A stretch of DNA of 64,000 nucleotides from Dehalococcoidia bacterium (GCA_963663025.1 OY760073.1:1897354-1961353), one strand, 5' to 3'; positions 53,591 to 63,626 are shown, numbered from the stretch's first letter. Program-made: numbers and translations. Notes: generated from the sequence alone by a model not told the origin.

Positions 53591-55870
53591 ATGGCCAACA
53601 GCATCGAGTCCAGCCCGGAGTTCGTAGCCAACACCTACCGGACCATGGAGGCCAACCTGGAGGTGGTCCGCAGGCGTTTGGGCCGCCCGATGACCCTGAC
53701 GGAAAAGGTGCTCCTGTCCCACCTGGAGGACCCAGAGTCCCAGGAGCTGGAGCCTGGGGAGAGCTACCTGCTGCTGAACCCGGACCGGGTGATACTCCAG
53801 GATGTGCTGGGCCAGACAGCCATGCTCCAGTTCATGCAGACCGAGCGTCAGCGCACCGCCGTTCCCTCCACCATTCACTGCGACCACCTGATACAGGCCC
53901 GCCAGGAGGGTGTGTCGGACCTGAGGGAGTCCCTGTCCGAGAACAACGAGGTGTACAACTTCCTGCGTTCTGCGGCCGCCAAGTACGGCCTGGGCTTCTG
54001 GGGACCAGGAGCGGGCATCATCCACCAGGTCAACCTGGAGAACTACGCCTTCCCGGGCGCGGTGATAATCGGCACCGACTCCCATACCCCCAACGCCGGA
54101 GGACTGGGGGCCTGCGCCGTGGGCGTTGGTGGGGCCGACGCGGTGGAGGTGATGGCCGGGCTTCCCTGGGAGCTGTTGTTCCCCAGGCGCATCGGGGTGC
54201 ACCTGACGGGCAGGCTGGGAGGCTGGACCGCCCCCAAAGACGTCATCCTGTACCTGGCCGGGGTGCTGACCGTGTCCGGCGGCACCAACTCCATAATCGA
54301 GTACTTCGGCCCCGGCATCGACTCCATAAGCTGCACTGGCCGGGCCACCATCACCAACATGGGGGCCGAATTGGGCGCCACCACCTCCATATTCCCCTAT
54401 GACGGGCGCATGGCCACCTACTTGAGGGCTACCGCAAGGGGAGACCTGGTACCCCTGGCCGAAGCGGCCGTCAACCTGCTACGTCCTGACGATGAAGTGC
54501 TGTCCGACCCGGCGCGCTACTTCGACCGGATAGTGGAGATCGACCTCTCCGCCCTGGAACCCCACGTGGTAGGGCCACACTCTCCCGACCGCGCCCGGCC
54601 CATATCCCAGCTTGCAGAAGAAGTGCGGGATTCAGGCAACAGTTTCGTGGATGAAGTGTCGGCTGCCCTCATCGGAAGCTGCACCAACTCATCCTACGAA
54701 GATATGGGGCGGGCAGCCGACGTGGCGGAGCAGGCCCGGGCCCACGGACTTCAGGCCGACGCTTCCCTCATGGTAACCCCCGGCTCCGAGCAGATACGGG
54801 CCACCATAGAAAGGGACGGCCAGATGGAGTCCCTGCGGGCCATAGGCGGGACGGTGTTGGCCAACGCCTGTGGTCCCTGCATAGGCCAGTGGCGCCGTTC
54901 CCAGGAAGCGGGTGGCGCGCCCAACTCCATCGTCACATCCTACAACCGCAACTTCCCCCGGCGGAACGACGGTCAGCCAGGCACCATGAACTTTATCGCA
55001 AGCCCCGAAGTCACCGTGGCCTTCGCCCTGGCAGGCAAACTCTCTTTCAACCCCCTGACCGATGCCCTCACGGGGGCCAACGGCGAGGCATTCATACTGG
55101 AACCCCCAGGCGATGCCCCCGAGGTGCCAGCGAACGGCTTCAGCCGGGGCGACACCACTTTCGTGCCCCCGCCCGACGACGGCTCCCACGTAGAGGTTGC
55201 GGTGGACCCCCAGAGCCAGCGCCTGCAGAGGATGGAACCCTGGCCCGCCTGGGACGGCCAGGACTACCTGGACATGCCGGTGCTGGCCAAGGTCAAAGGC
55301 AAATGCACCACCGACCACATCTCCCCCGCTGGGCCCTGGCTTAGCCTGCGGGGGCACCTGGACAAGTTCAGCGACAACATGTTCATGGGGGCCATCAACG
55401 CCTATACCGGGAACGCCGGCAAAGGACTAAACCTGCTGACCCAGGAACCGGACCAGTCCTTCTCCGACGTTGCTCGCAGCTACAAGAGAGAGGGCTTGCC
55501 CTGGGTGGTTATCGGCGACGATAACTACGGCGAAGGGAGCAGCAGGGAGCACGCAGCCCTCTCTCCCAGGCTTCTGGGAGGCGTGGCGGTCATCGCCAGG
55601 AGCTTTGCCCGCATCCACGAGACCAACCTCAAGAAGCAGGGCCTTCTGGCGCTGACATTCCAGGACCCTGCCGACTACGACAGGATACGGGAGAACGACC
55701 GCCTGAGCTTGGTGGGCCTGGACTTCCTCGCCCCCGGCAGGCCGGTCACGTGCCGAATCCGCCACGACGATGGGACGGAAGAGGAGATCGGGCTGGGCCA
55801 CTCTTTCAGCGAACCCCAGCTCGAATGGTTCAAGCTGGGCGCTGCGCTGAACCTGATGCGCGGGAAGTAG
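53591..55870 (+). CDS. acn: aconitate hydratase, mitochondrial-type (about 760 aa)
   Basis: GAGAGGAG RBS before ATG 53591; TIHCDHLIQA, IGTDSHTPNAGGLG, GSCTNSSYEDM, ANACGPCIGQW, SSREHAAL blocks. Confidence 0.9.
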   Translation: MANSIESSPEFVANTYRTMEANLEVVRRRLGRPMTLTEKVLLSHLEDPESQELEPGESYLLLNPDRVILQDVLGQTAMLQFMQTERQRTAVPSTIHCDHLIQARQEGVSDLRESLSENNEVYNFLRSAAAKYGLGFWGPGAGIIHQVNLENYAFPGAVIIGTDSHTPNAGGLGACAVGVGGADAVEVMAGLPWELLFPRRIGVHLTGRLGGWTAPKDVILYLAGVLTVSGGTNSIIEYFGPGIDSISCTGRATITNMGAELGATTSIFPYDGRMATYLRATARGDLVPLAEAAVNLLRPDDEVLSDPARYFDRIVEIDLSALEPHVVGPHSPDRARPISQLAEEVRDSGNSFVDEVSAALIGSCTNSSYEDMGRAADVAEQARAHGLQADASLMVTPGSEQIRATIERDGQMESLRAIGGTVLANACGPCIGQWRRSQEAGGAPNSIVTSYNRNFPRRNDGQPGTMNFIASPEVTVAFALAGKLSFNPLTDALTGANGEAFILEPPGDAPEVPANGFSRGDTTFVPPPDDGSHVEVAVDPQSQRLQRMEPWPAWDGQDYLDMPVLAKVKGKCTTDHISPAGPWLSLRGHLDKFSDNMFMGAINAYTGNAGKGLNLLTQEPDQSFSDVARSYKREGLPWVVIGDDNYGEGSSREHAALSPRLLGGVAVIARSFARIHETNLKKQGLLALTFQDPADYDRIRENDRLSLVGLDFLAPGRPVTCRIRHDDGTEEEIGLGHSFSEPQLEWFKLGAALNLMRGK

Positions 55871-55873
55871 GGG

Positions 55874-56587
55874 CTACCCCAGCCCGTCCAGGCACTCCCC
55901 CAAGGGCTTATGGATGCAGGTGAATATGGGGGTGTCCCGCAGGGTGTAGGGCCGGGCCTGGGACTCCCTGAGGGCCATAACAAGGTCGAGGAAGTCGCCG
56001 GGACTCTCGGTCTCGAACCCCAGCATGAACTCTTGGTCGTCCAGCCCGAAAGAGTAGCTGGTGCTGATCTTCACCGAGGGGTACTTGTGGCCTATCCGGA
56101 AGTGTTCGGACATGATGGACTGGCGCTCTTCCTGGGAGAGTTGGTACCAGTCGTGGGTCTTCACAAAAGGATAGACGAACAGGTAGGGCCGCCCCACGGT
56201 CCGCACTACATCCCCCGTGCCGTCTTGGCCGGGATGGGTGTGCTCATCGACGTAGGGTGAGCGCCGGGTCATAGCCAGATACGAGTACGGGGTCTCCAGG
56301 TACTTGCCCAGCTCGGTGCGGTTGGTCTGGGCAGCAAGCTGGTCCAGCAGCTCGACAGTCGGGCTGATTGCCCACAGCATGTAGTCCACGTCGCCTCTGG
56401 TCCCCAGGAGGGAGTAGCTGGCTATGCTCATCCTTTGGGACAGCTCATCGAGGACAGCCACGTATTCGGCTTTGCTTCGCTCCTTGTCCCCATGGTCCAG
56501 CCTCTTCCATTCGGGGGACACCTTGTAGAAGCAGTACCTCACGAAGTACCTGTCGCCGTCGGGACTCATGTACACTCCCCAACTCAT
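55874..56587 (-). CDS. hemQ: chlorite dismutase-family protein, coproheme decarboxylase-like
   Basis: 237 aa; YFVRYCFYKV...WKRL, YLFVYPFVKTHDWYQL, ISTSYSFGLDDQEFMLGFE pattern. Confidence 0.8.
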   Translation of the reverse strand: MSWGVYMSPDGDRYFVRYCFYKVSPEWKRLDHGDKERSKAEYVAVLDELSQRMSIASYSLLGTRGDVDYMLWAISPTVELLDQLAAQTNRTELGKYLETPYSYLAMTRRSPYVDEHTHPGQDGTGDVVRTVGRPYLFVYPFVKTHDWYQLSQEERQSIMSEHFRIGHKYPSVKISTSYSFGLDDQEFMLGFETESPGDFLDLVMALRESQARPYTLRDTPIFTCIHKPLGECLDGLG

Positions 56588-56653
56588 GCTGTAAAGTCAA
56601 TTATAGCATCGCCCGGTACCGGCCCAAGTTGGCCAAAGCGGTACCATTTGCGT

Positions 56654-56682
56654 TTGACAAAAGTCGAGTGTGAAAGTAGACT
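56654..56682 (+). promoter_or_regulatory. sigma70-like promoter of the sulfite/nitrite reductase gene
   Basis: TTGACA (56654-56659) - 17 nt - TAGACT (56677-56682). Confidence 0.45.
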
Positions 56683-56770
56683 ATTCCCAACATGCGATTT
56701 GAGGACGACCTTTTCCACCTGTGTACCCGGCTCCTGATGTAGGAGCCAGGTTAAACCCCTCTAGCGCCTA

Positions 56771-56819
56771 AACCTGCGCCCTATGCCCGGACTACTTGAT
56801 GAGCGCAGGTTATTTTTTG
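56771..56819 (+). terminator. terminator-like stem-loop plus T-run inside the reductase leader (possible attenuator)
   Basis: AACCTGCGC (56771-56779) pairs with GCGCAGGTT (56803-56811), followed by ATTTTTTG; lies 10 nt upstream of AGGAGG 56829-56834. Confidence 0.4.
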
Positions 56820-56840
56820 TCTAACTTCAGGAGGCCCCAA

Positions 56841-58685
56841 TTGAGCACGGTAACCCAGCCCGACGCCCGCCCCTCCCAGGGCGATATCCACCAGAGCAGC
56901 TTGGCCCAAGCCCCGTCCGCCAAGGGCGTGATCCCCTACATGGAGGGTGAGGTAGTTGCCCTGGAGGAAGAGATCCGGGCTTTTCGAGCGGGCGAGCGCG
57001 AGGACTCCCAGTTCCTTCCCTTCCGCCTGCGCCAGGGTGTGTACGGGCAGAGGCAGGCCGACTCCCAGATGGTTCGAGTGAAGATACCCGGCGGCGTTCT
57101 CACCGAGCAGGCCTTGAGGGCGCTGGGCATCATCGCCGACAGGTACGCTCCCTTGAGGAAGGGACACGTCACCACCAGGGAGAACGTCCAGTTCCACCAC
57201 CTGAAGCTGGAGGAGTGCCCGGAGGTGCTCCGTATCCTGGGAGAAGCGGGGTTGACTACCAGGGAAGCCTGTGGCAACACGGTGCGGAACGTAGTCGGCT
57301 CCCCCACTGAGGGCGTATCCCCCGATGAAGTGTTCGACACCACCCCCTACTTGGCCGCATATGTGCGCTTTGCCGTGCGCCATCCCCTGACTCAAAACTT
57401 CCCCAGGAAGTTCAAGACCTCCTTCTCCGGCTGCCCTGACCGCGATACCGTGGCATCGGCCATCCACGACCTGTCCTACATCGCCCAGGTACGCCACGTG
57501 GACGGAGTCGAGGTACGGGGATTCAAGGTCATCGTGGGCGGCGCAACGTCCATCATGCCCCGCCTGGGCAAGCCCCTCTTCGACTTCGTAGGGGTGGAAG
57601 ACTACCTGCGGGTGGCCCAAGCTATCTGGCAGGTGTTCGACAAGGCGGAAATGCTCCGCAAGAACCGGATGATGGCCCGCATCAAGGTCCTGATAGATCG
57701 CATCGGCTTCGAGCCATTCAAGGAGATGGTTGAGGAAGAGTTGGCAGGCATAGGCCCCATCGACCCTGTGCCTTTGATGGATCTGGATGATGAGTTCATC
57801 GAGCATCCCCCGGCGCTCCCTACCGGCGGCGCCAACGGCCACCAGCCGCCCGCAGAATTCCTGGAGTGGAAGTCTAGCAACACTTTTGCCCAGAAACAGC
57901 CGGGTTATCATGTAGCCTACGTCACCATTCCCCAGGGCGACATCGATCCGGAGCAGTTTGCAGCGCTGGCCGACCTGGTAGCCAAGTACACTGGCGGGTC
58001 TGCCAGGGCAACCCAGAACCAGAACCTCGCCTTCCGCTGGGTGCCGGAAGCCCATCTTGTGGATGTATGGAAGGGCCTAAAGGAGATTGGCCTTGCAGGG
58101 ACGGGCGTTGACTCCATAGTAGATGTCACATCCTGCCCCGGGACCGATAGCTGCAAGCTGGGCATCACCTCTTCCATGGGCTTGGGAAGGGCCATAATGG
58201 ATGAGCTGGGCTCCTGGAACGGGCTGCTGGAAGACCCGGAGATCAGCAAGCTTCACATCAAGATGAGCGGATGCCCCAACGGCTGCGGCCTGCACCACAT
58301 AGCCAACATCGGCTTCCATGGCGCAGCAATGAAGGGCCCCAACGGCGTCCAGGTGCCGGCCTACGAGGTCTTCCTGGGCGGTGCTTACGGCATCGGTCGC
58401 CCCGAAGACACCCGCATCGGGGAGCGTCTCCCACGGGTAAAGGTGCCCGCCAAGCGGGTCCCCCAGATGGTCCGTAGGCTGGCTGTGTATTACAAGGAGA
58501 ACCGCCTCGACGGGGAGGGCTTCAACGACTTCCTCCAGCGGGTCGGCCTGGAATCCGTGGCTTCCATAGCCCAGGAATTCTCAGAGGTCGCCCCCGTGGG
58601 TCCCGAATCCATAGACTTGTACATGGACTGGAGCCACACATTCATGTACAAGCTGGAACGGGGAGAAGGGGAATGCTCCGCCTAG
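56841..58685 (+). CDS. ferredoxin-type sulfite/nitrite reductase (siroheme, 4Fe-4S)
   Basis: TTRENVQFHH, TSCPGTDSCKLG, SGCPNGCGLHH cluster/siroheme motifs. TTG 56841 sits 6 nt after AGGAGG; ORF is open from ATG 56796, which lies inside the leader hairpin. Confidence 0.85.
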   Translation: MSTVTQPDARPSQGDIHQSSLAQAPSAKGVIPYMEGEVVALEEEIRAFRAGEREDSQFLPFRLRQGVYGQRQADSQMVRVKIPGGVLTEQALRALGIIADRYAPLRKGHVTTRENVQFHHLKLEECPEVLRILGEAGLTTREACGNTVRNVVGSPTEGVSPDEVFDTTPYLAAYVRFAVRHPLTQNFPRKFKTSFSGCPDRDTVASAIHDLSYIAQVRHVDGVEVRGFKVIVGGATSIMPRLGKPLFDFVGVEDYLRVAQAIWQVFDKAEMLRKNRMMARIKVLIDRIGFEPFKEMVEEELAGIGPIDPVPLMDLDDEFIEHPPALPTGGANGHQPPAEFLEWKSSNTFAQKQPGYHVAYVTIPQGDIDPEQFAALADLVAKYTGGSARATQNQNLAFRWVPEAHLVDVWKGLKEIGLAGTGVDSIVDVTSCPGTDSCKLGITSSMGLGRAIMDELGSWNGLLEDPEISKLHIKMSGCPNGCGLHHIANIGFHGAAMKGPNGVQVPAYEVFLGGAYGIGRPEDTRIGERLPRVKVPAKRVPQMVRRLAVYYKENRLDGEGFNDFLQRVGLESVASIAQEFSEVAPVGPESIDLYMDWSHTFMYKLERGEGECSA

Positions 58686-58718
58686 GAGATCGTCGTAGCC
58701 GTTAGCAGAAGACGGGCA

Positions 58719-59060
58719 TTGGAGCATGCCGATAGCGTGCTGGCCTCCCCTAAGGCCCACGTGGCCGTGGTCCTGCGCCACACCAAGGGCGGTGTCACCC
58801 TGCTACACCAGGGCAGGGCGTTGACCCGGTGCTACATCACGAGGACAGGGATGCGCGCCGCCCGCTTCACCGCCCACGCCCTTGGTGTCGATGTCCCCGC
58901 CTTGGGAGAGCAGGTGCAGGCCCGAGTGCCCACCGGAGTGCTCTGGCGGGCCATATCCATCTCGTGCCTGGACATGAGGAAGCCCGAAGTCTTGCCCCTG
59001 CTGGAGCGCCTGCTGGCTGAAGCTGAGATGCAGCGGACAGCGTCATCTACGGAGCTGTAA
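58719..59060 (+). CDS. hypothetical protein
   Basis: 113 aa, GC3-rich, immediately downstream of the reductase; no family recognised. Confidence 0.4.
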   Translation: MEHADSVLASPKAHVAVVLRHTKGGVTLLHQGRALTRCYITRTGMRAARFTAHALGVDVPALGEQVQARVPTGVLWRAISISCLDMRKPEVLPLLERLLAEAEMQRTASSTEL

Positions 59061-59099
59061 GGGGCAATACCAGAAATTGAGGGACCTTAGCCGCGGAAG

Positions 59100-59498
59100 C
59101 TAGCCCCGTAGCCACCTCTTGAAGCGCTCCCACGCCGACGGGTTCTCTTCGATCAGGCGGCCCCGCCACCGCTTCTCGTAGCCCGACGATATCCCTGAGG
59201 AGCCTACGAAGAGCAGGAAGTAGGCGACAACGAACAACACCAGACCTGCTATCAGGAAGATGGTGAGGTTGCCCACACCCAGTGTCCCCACCGTCAACGC
59301 GATGAGGAGCAGGGCAAAGCTCGCCAGCATGAGCTTCCCGAGGTTGAGCTTGAAGCCTCTGACAGAGCGTCCCATGGAACCCAGCGGCCCACCGCCGGAG
59401 CCGCCCGAAGAGGAGCTCGACCTGCGTGAGTCCTTTGGCAGCACTTCTTCCACTTGCTTGAGGATCTCCTCAATCTCCTGTTTGTACTTGTCAGACAT
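59100..59498 (-). CDS. hypothetical membrane protein
   Basis: 132 aa; charged N-terminal helix, S/G-rich spacer, two hydrophobic helices. Confidence 0.6.
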   Translation of the reverse strand: MSDKYKQEIEEILKQVEEVLPKDSRRSSSSSGGSGGGPLGSMGRSVRGFKLNLGKLMLASFALLLIALTVGTLGVGNLTIFLIAGLVLFVVAYFLLFVGSSGISSGYEKRWRGRLIEENPSAWERFKRWLRG

Positions 59499-59685
59499 TT
59501 CCTGCCCCCAGGAGCGATTCTATCCTATCGAGCTAAATGGGACCTTCAGTGCCCCGGACTCAGCCAAGTCTCCGGGACGCATTGGGGGTGATGCGGGCAC
59601 CCTATCACCCTGTTCATCAATACAATATATCAAACTGCTGATGAGTGAGTCCAGCACCCATCCATAGGGGGATGGGGCGCAGGTC

Positions 59686-60231
59686 TTAGCTGCGCGTGCC
59701 GGCGTATTGCCAGCTTGGGTTGGCGTGCTCCGCCTCCACCCAGCCCGGCTTCTGGCGCCAGCGCAAGCCCTCGGGATCGTCAGGCACCTCTATGCCCTCG
59801 CCTTCCGAGGTCTCCAGGCCGTTAGGATGGTATACCAGCTCGATCATGTTGCCGTCGGGGTCGTGGATGTAGGTGTAGTGCTCGCCGTTGTCCTCCCTGC
59901 GCCCCTGGTAGGGGTCATCGCCTCCAATGTTCCTGCCCAGGCTGCTGTTGGTGGTGCGGCTGTAGGGTATCTTCTCCTCATCTAGGTGGGCCAACATGGC
60001 ATCCCAGTCATCCACTTCCAAGGCAAAGTGGACTGCGGGGACGAATATCGGCTTGTCCACCTCGCTGAAGTGCATCTCAGCCGTGCCAATACGGAGCTGT
60101 AGCTGGCGCTTGTTCAACGCCGGGCCCCGGTCCAGGAACCGGGCACCCAGCACTCTCTCGTACCATTCGCGAGTGCGGTCCCGGTCGGTGATCTGGATGT
60201 TCACATGATGTACCAGCTTGACTCTGGGCAT
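59686..60231 (-). CDS. VOC (glyoxalase/bleomycin resistance/dioxygenase) family protein
   Basis: LVHHVNIQITDRDRTREWYERVLG and HFALEVDD...DPDGNMIEL pattern. Confidence 0.8.
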   Translation of the reverse strand: MPRVKLVHHVNIQITDRDRTREWYERVLGARFLDRGPALNKRQLQLRIGTAEMHFSEVDKPIFVPAVHFALEVDDWDAMLAHLDEEKIPYSRTTNSSLGRNIGGDDPYQGRREDNGEHYTYIHDPDGNMIELVYHPNGLETSEGEGIEVPDDPEGLRWRQKPGWVEAEHANPSWQYAGTRS

Positions 60232-60338
60232 CTCTACCTCCTCTCAGGGAGTTTGCCGATCTTGGCTACATTATGTTTCAGGTCCGGCGGCGAGAGCAAC
60301 CCTCGGCCATATGCCGACCTCCGGCTTCCTGTGGACCA

Positions 60339-61946
60339 TCAGTTAATCGACTTCTCGTAGCCCCGCCATTCCGCCTCGCGGAGGACGTACTTCTGCACCT
60401 TGCCGGTAGCGGTCTTGGGCAGGTCGCCGAACTCTACGTACTTCGGGGCCTTGAACCGGGCGATGCGCTCCTTGCAGAACTCGATAATCTCCTCCCCGTC
60501 CACCTTTTCGCCGGGCTTCCTCGTTACGAAGGCCTTGGGCACCTCTCCCCAGCGCTCGTCTGGCACCGCCACAACGCACACCTCGAGGACGCCTGGGTGC
60601 TCCATGATGACCTTCTCCACCTCCTGGCTGGAGATGTTCTCGCCCCCGGAAATGATGATGTCCTTGGCCCGGTCCTGGAGCTCGATGTAGCCGTCGGGAT
60701 GGCGGACCGCCAAGTCGCCCGAGTGGAACCATCCTCCCCGAAAAGCCTCCTGGGTGGACTCGGCATCATCCAGGTAGCCCGACATGACGTTGTTGCCCCT
60801 CATTACCACCTCGCCGATGGCCACCCCGTCGTCGGCAACATCCTGCATATTCCCATCCACCACCCTGAGATAATCGCCGGCAACCACGTAGGGCACCCCC
60901 TGTCTGGCTTTCAAGCGCGCCCGCTCCTCGGTGGTCAGGTCCTGCCAACCGGGCTGGACGGCGCAGATGGTGTGGGGGCCGTAGGTCTCGGTCAAGCCGT
61001 AGAGGTGGTGGATCGATGCCCCCATGCCCTCCATGGTGCGGATGACCTGTGGGGAAGGAGGAGCGCCGGCGGTGGCGATGGTCAGTCCTGACAAGTCCTG
61101 GCCTTCGGCGTCTGGGGACGAGTACATGGATATCAGCACAGTGGGTGCTCCGCACATGTGGGTCACCCTCTCCTCCCGGATCAACCTGTAGATATCCACC
61201 GGGTCCGGCCTCCGGAGGCAGACGTGGGTACCACCAGCGGCCGTGACCGCCCATGTGTAGCACCAGCCGTTGCAGTGGAACATGGGCAGGGTCCAGAGGT
61301 AGCTGCTTCGGGAGGACAGACCCATCTCGATTATCTCGCCCAGCGCGTTGAGATAAACGCCCCTGGCGGTGTACTGGACCCCCTTGGGCATGCCGGTGGT
61401 ACCCGAGGTGTAGTTGATGGCGATGGTGTCCAGCTCCGATGACAGGCCGGCATGGTGGCCGCCGAGAGGCGCCGACTCAAGAAACGACTCGTAGTCGGGG
61501 CCGGGAATGTCGTCAGCTTTGGGTGCGGTGTCCACCACCTGCACGCAGGCCAAGTCCCTGTCCGACCCAGCCCGCACCTCCCGGACGACGGGAGCGAACT
61601 CCGAATCGAAAACCAACGCCTTGGCCCCCGAGTGGTTGATGATGTGGGTGACCTCCCGGGCAGAGAGCCTGTAGTTGATGGCCACCAGCACCGCCCCGAT
61701 GCTCATCGGGCCGTAGTGGGCTTCCAGCATGGCGGGAATATTGGGCAGGAGAAAGGCTACCCGGTCACCGCGCCCCACGCCCAAGGACTTGAGGGCGCCG
61801 GCCAAGCGGTCCACCCTCTCGCAAAACTGGCGGTACGAGTAGCGCAGATCGTTGTAGATGACCGCAGTCTTGTCCGGGTACACCCGGAGACTACGGGCTA
61901 GAAAGCCGGTAGGATCCAAATCTTGATACCAGGCAGCATCCATCAT
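60339..61946 (-). CDS. AMP-dependent acyl-CoA synthetase/ligase
   Basis: 535 aa; AMP-binding INYTSGTTGMPKGV, YGLTET, SGDLAVRHPDGY, GKVQKYVLR motifs. Confidence 0.9.
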   Translation of the reverse strand: MMDAAWYQDLDPTGFLARSLRVYPDKTAVIYNDLRYSYRQFCERVDRLAGALKSLGVGRGDRVAFLLPNIPAMLEAHYGPMSIGAVLVAINYRLSAREVTHIINHSGAKALVFDSEFAPVVREVRAGSDRDLACVQVVDTAPKADDIPGPDYESFLESAPLGGHHAGLSSELDTIAINYTSGTTGMPKGVQYTARGVYLNALGEIIEMGLSSRSSYLWTLPMFHCNGWCYTWAVTAAGGTHVCLRRPDPVDIYRLIREERVTHMCGAPTVLISMYSSPDAEGQDLSGLTIATAGAPPSPQVIRTMEGMGASIHHLYGLTETYGPHTICAVQPGWQDLTTEERARLKARQGVPYVVAGDYLRVVDGNMQDVADDGVAIGEVVMRGNNVMSGYLDDAESTQEAFRGGWFHSGDLAVRHPDGYIELQDRAKDIIISGGENISSQEVEKVIMEHPGVLEVCVVAVPDERWGEVPKAFVTRKPGEKVDGEEIIEFCKERIARFKAPKYVEFGDLPKTATGKVQKYVLREAEWRGYEKSIN

Positions 61947-62114
61947 CTTCTCCTGGTCATCGAAGACTCCAAGGGGCGGTCACTTGTGCAGCTCGCCCAC
62001 GGGACAACCCAAATGATATTAGCCGACTTCCCGTGGGTCAACGATAAAGTAGACGGTGGTCATGAAGCCCAATCGTGGCCGACGGACAAGGCCTCTGGGC
62101 GGTCACTCAGCCTT

Positions 62115-62275
62115 GTCCGTTCGCCCTGAGGGAAATCGAAGGGGAACGGACCTGGGAGGCTTTGTTACACCCTGCCTGTTTTACGACCAGGGCTTCCTGG
62201 ATTGCGGCCTCCGCCGCAATGACGGCGAGACCAATCCCCCTCACCCCAACCCTCTCCCTCCAGGGGCGAGGGGGC
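62115..62275. repeat. REP/BIME-like mosaic array 11 (short)
   Basis: Modules B, A, C downstream of rarA. Confidence 0.85.
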
Positions 62276-62279
62276 AATT

Positions 62280-63626
62280 TTACTCTCTCTCACTCGGGCT
62301 CTCTCCTTCTGTGCGGTCCTTCCACCAGGCTCGAAGGCGGGCGGCGGCTTCCTTCTCCTGCCCTTCCTGGGACGGCTCGTAGTACGTCTTGTCTTTCAGA
62401 GCAGGGGGCAGATAGTCCTGGGGGACGAAGTGGTCTTCATAGTCGTGCCCGTACTTGTAACCCTTGCCATAACCCATGCTTTTCATCATGCCCGTTACAG
62501 CGTTGCGCAGGTGCATAGGCACAGGCTCGGTGGGCGAGCTCCTCACCTCGTCCCTCACCCTGTTCAAGGCTGCGTAGGCGGAGTTGCTCTTGGGTGCGCT
62601 GGCCAGGTATATGGTTGCCTCAGCTAGGGGGATGGCCCCCTCGGGCATGCCCATGAAGTGGACGGCCTGCTGGGCGGACACGGCAAGGGTCAGGGCGGCC
62701 GGGTCGGCAAGGCCGATGTCCTCGGCCGCCAGGATGATCAGCCGGCGGGCTATGAACATTGGGTCCTCCCCCGACTCGATCATCCGCACCAGCCAGTACA
62801 TGGCCCCATCGGGTGAAGATCCCCGGACGGACTTGATGAACGCCGAAATGGTGTCGTAGTGCAGGTCCCCGGCCTTGTCGTACTGCAGGGAGCGTCGTTG
62901 GAGGGCATCCTCCATCAGGGCAAGGTCTACGGTCGACCTTCCGTCGGCGCCGGAGGCGCGCGCAGAGGCTTCCAGGCCGTTCAGGGCTGTCCTGGCATCC
63001 CCGTTGGAGATGCTCACAAGGTGCTCAAGGGCTTCATCATCGAGGCTGACTCCCAGGGCGCCCAGACCGTTCTCCTCGTCGGCCAATGCCCGGCGCACGA
63101 TGGTCGCTATTTCCCCCTCGCCGAGGGGCTGCAGTGTGAACACGCGGCACCGGGACAGGAGGGGCGGGATGACCTCGAAGGACGGGTTTTCGGTGGTCGC
63201 CCCGATCAGGGTGAAGGTGCCATCCTCCACATAGGGTAGGACCACATCCTGCTGGGCTTTGTTGAAGCGATGAATCTCGTCGATGAACAGGATGGTCTTC
63301 TGCCCATACATGCCCAGCCTCTCGTGGGCCTTGTCCACGATGCGCCGAAGGTCGGCCACGCCCGAGGCTACGGCGCTGATGGGTTCGAAGTGGGCGCTTG
63401 TAGCCCCGGCGATGATGTGGGCCAGGGTCGTCTTGCCGCTACCGGGAGGCCCCCAAAGTACCAGGGACGGCACCTGGTCGGACTCGATAGCCCGGCGGAG
63501 CACCTTGCCCTCCCCCACGATGAGGTCCTGTCCGACCAGGTCCGAAAGCACCTTGGGCCTCATCCGCCCGGCCAGGGGCGCCCCCCGCCGCTGCTTCTCT
63601 ATGCGGTCATGCTCGAAAAGCTCCAT
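62280..63626 (-). CDS. rarA: replication-associated recombination protein A (AAA+ ATPase)
   Basis: 448 aa; Walker A LWGPPGSGKTTLA, ILFIDEIHRFNK, MgsA C-terminal domain (YDTISAFIKSVRGSSPD). Confidence 0.9.
   Translation of the reverse strand: MELFEHDRIEKQRRGAPLAGRMRPKVLSDLVGQDLIVGEGKVLRRAIESDQVPSLVLWGPPGSGKTTLAHIIAGATSAHFEPISAVASGVADLRRIVDKAHERLGMYGQKTILFIDEIHRFNKAQQDVVLPYVEDGTFTLIGATTENPSFEVIPPLLSRCRVFTLQPLGEGEIATIVRRALADEENGLGALGVSLDDEALEHLVSISNGDARTALNGLEASARASGADGRSTVDLALMEDALQRRSLQYDKAGDLHYDTISAFIKSVRGSSPDGAMYWLVRMIESGEDPMFIARRLIILAAEDIGLADPAALTLAVSAQQAVHFMGMPEGAIPLAEATIYLASAPKSNSAYAALNRVRDEVRSSPTEPVPMHLRNAVTGMMKSMGYGKGYKYGHDYEDHFVPQDYLPPALKDKTYYEPSQEGQEKEAAARLRAWWKDRTEGESPSERE

Noticed and set aside
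56781-58055. 424-aa minus-strand ORF opposite the sulfite/nitrite reductase
   Set aside because: Antisense shadow; the reductase frame has the siroheme/4Fe-4S cysteine motifs.
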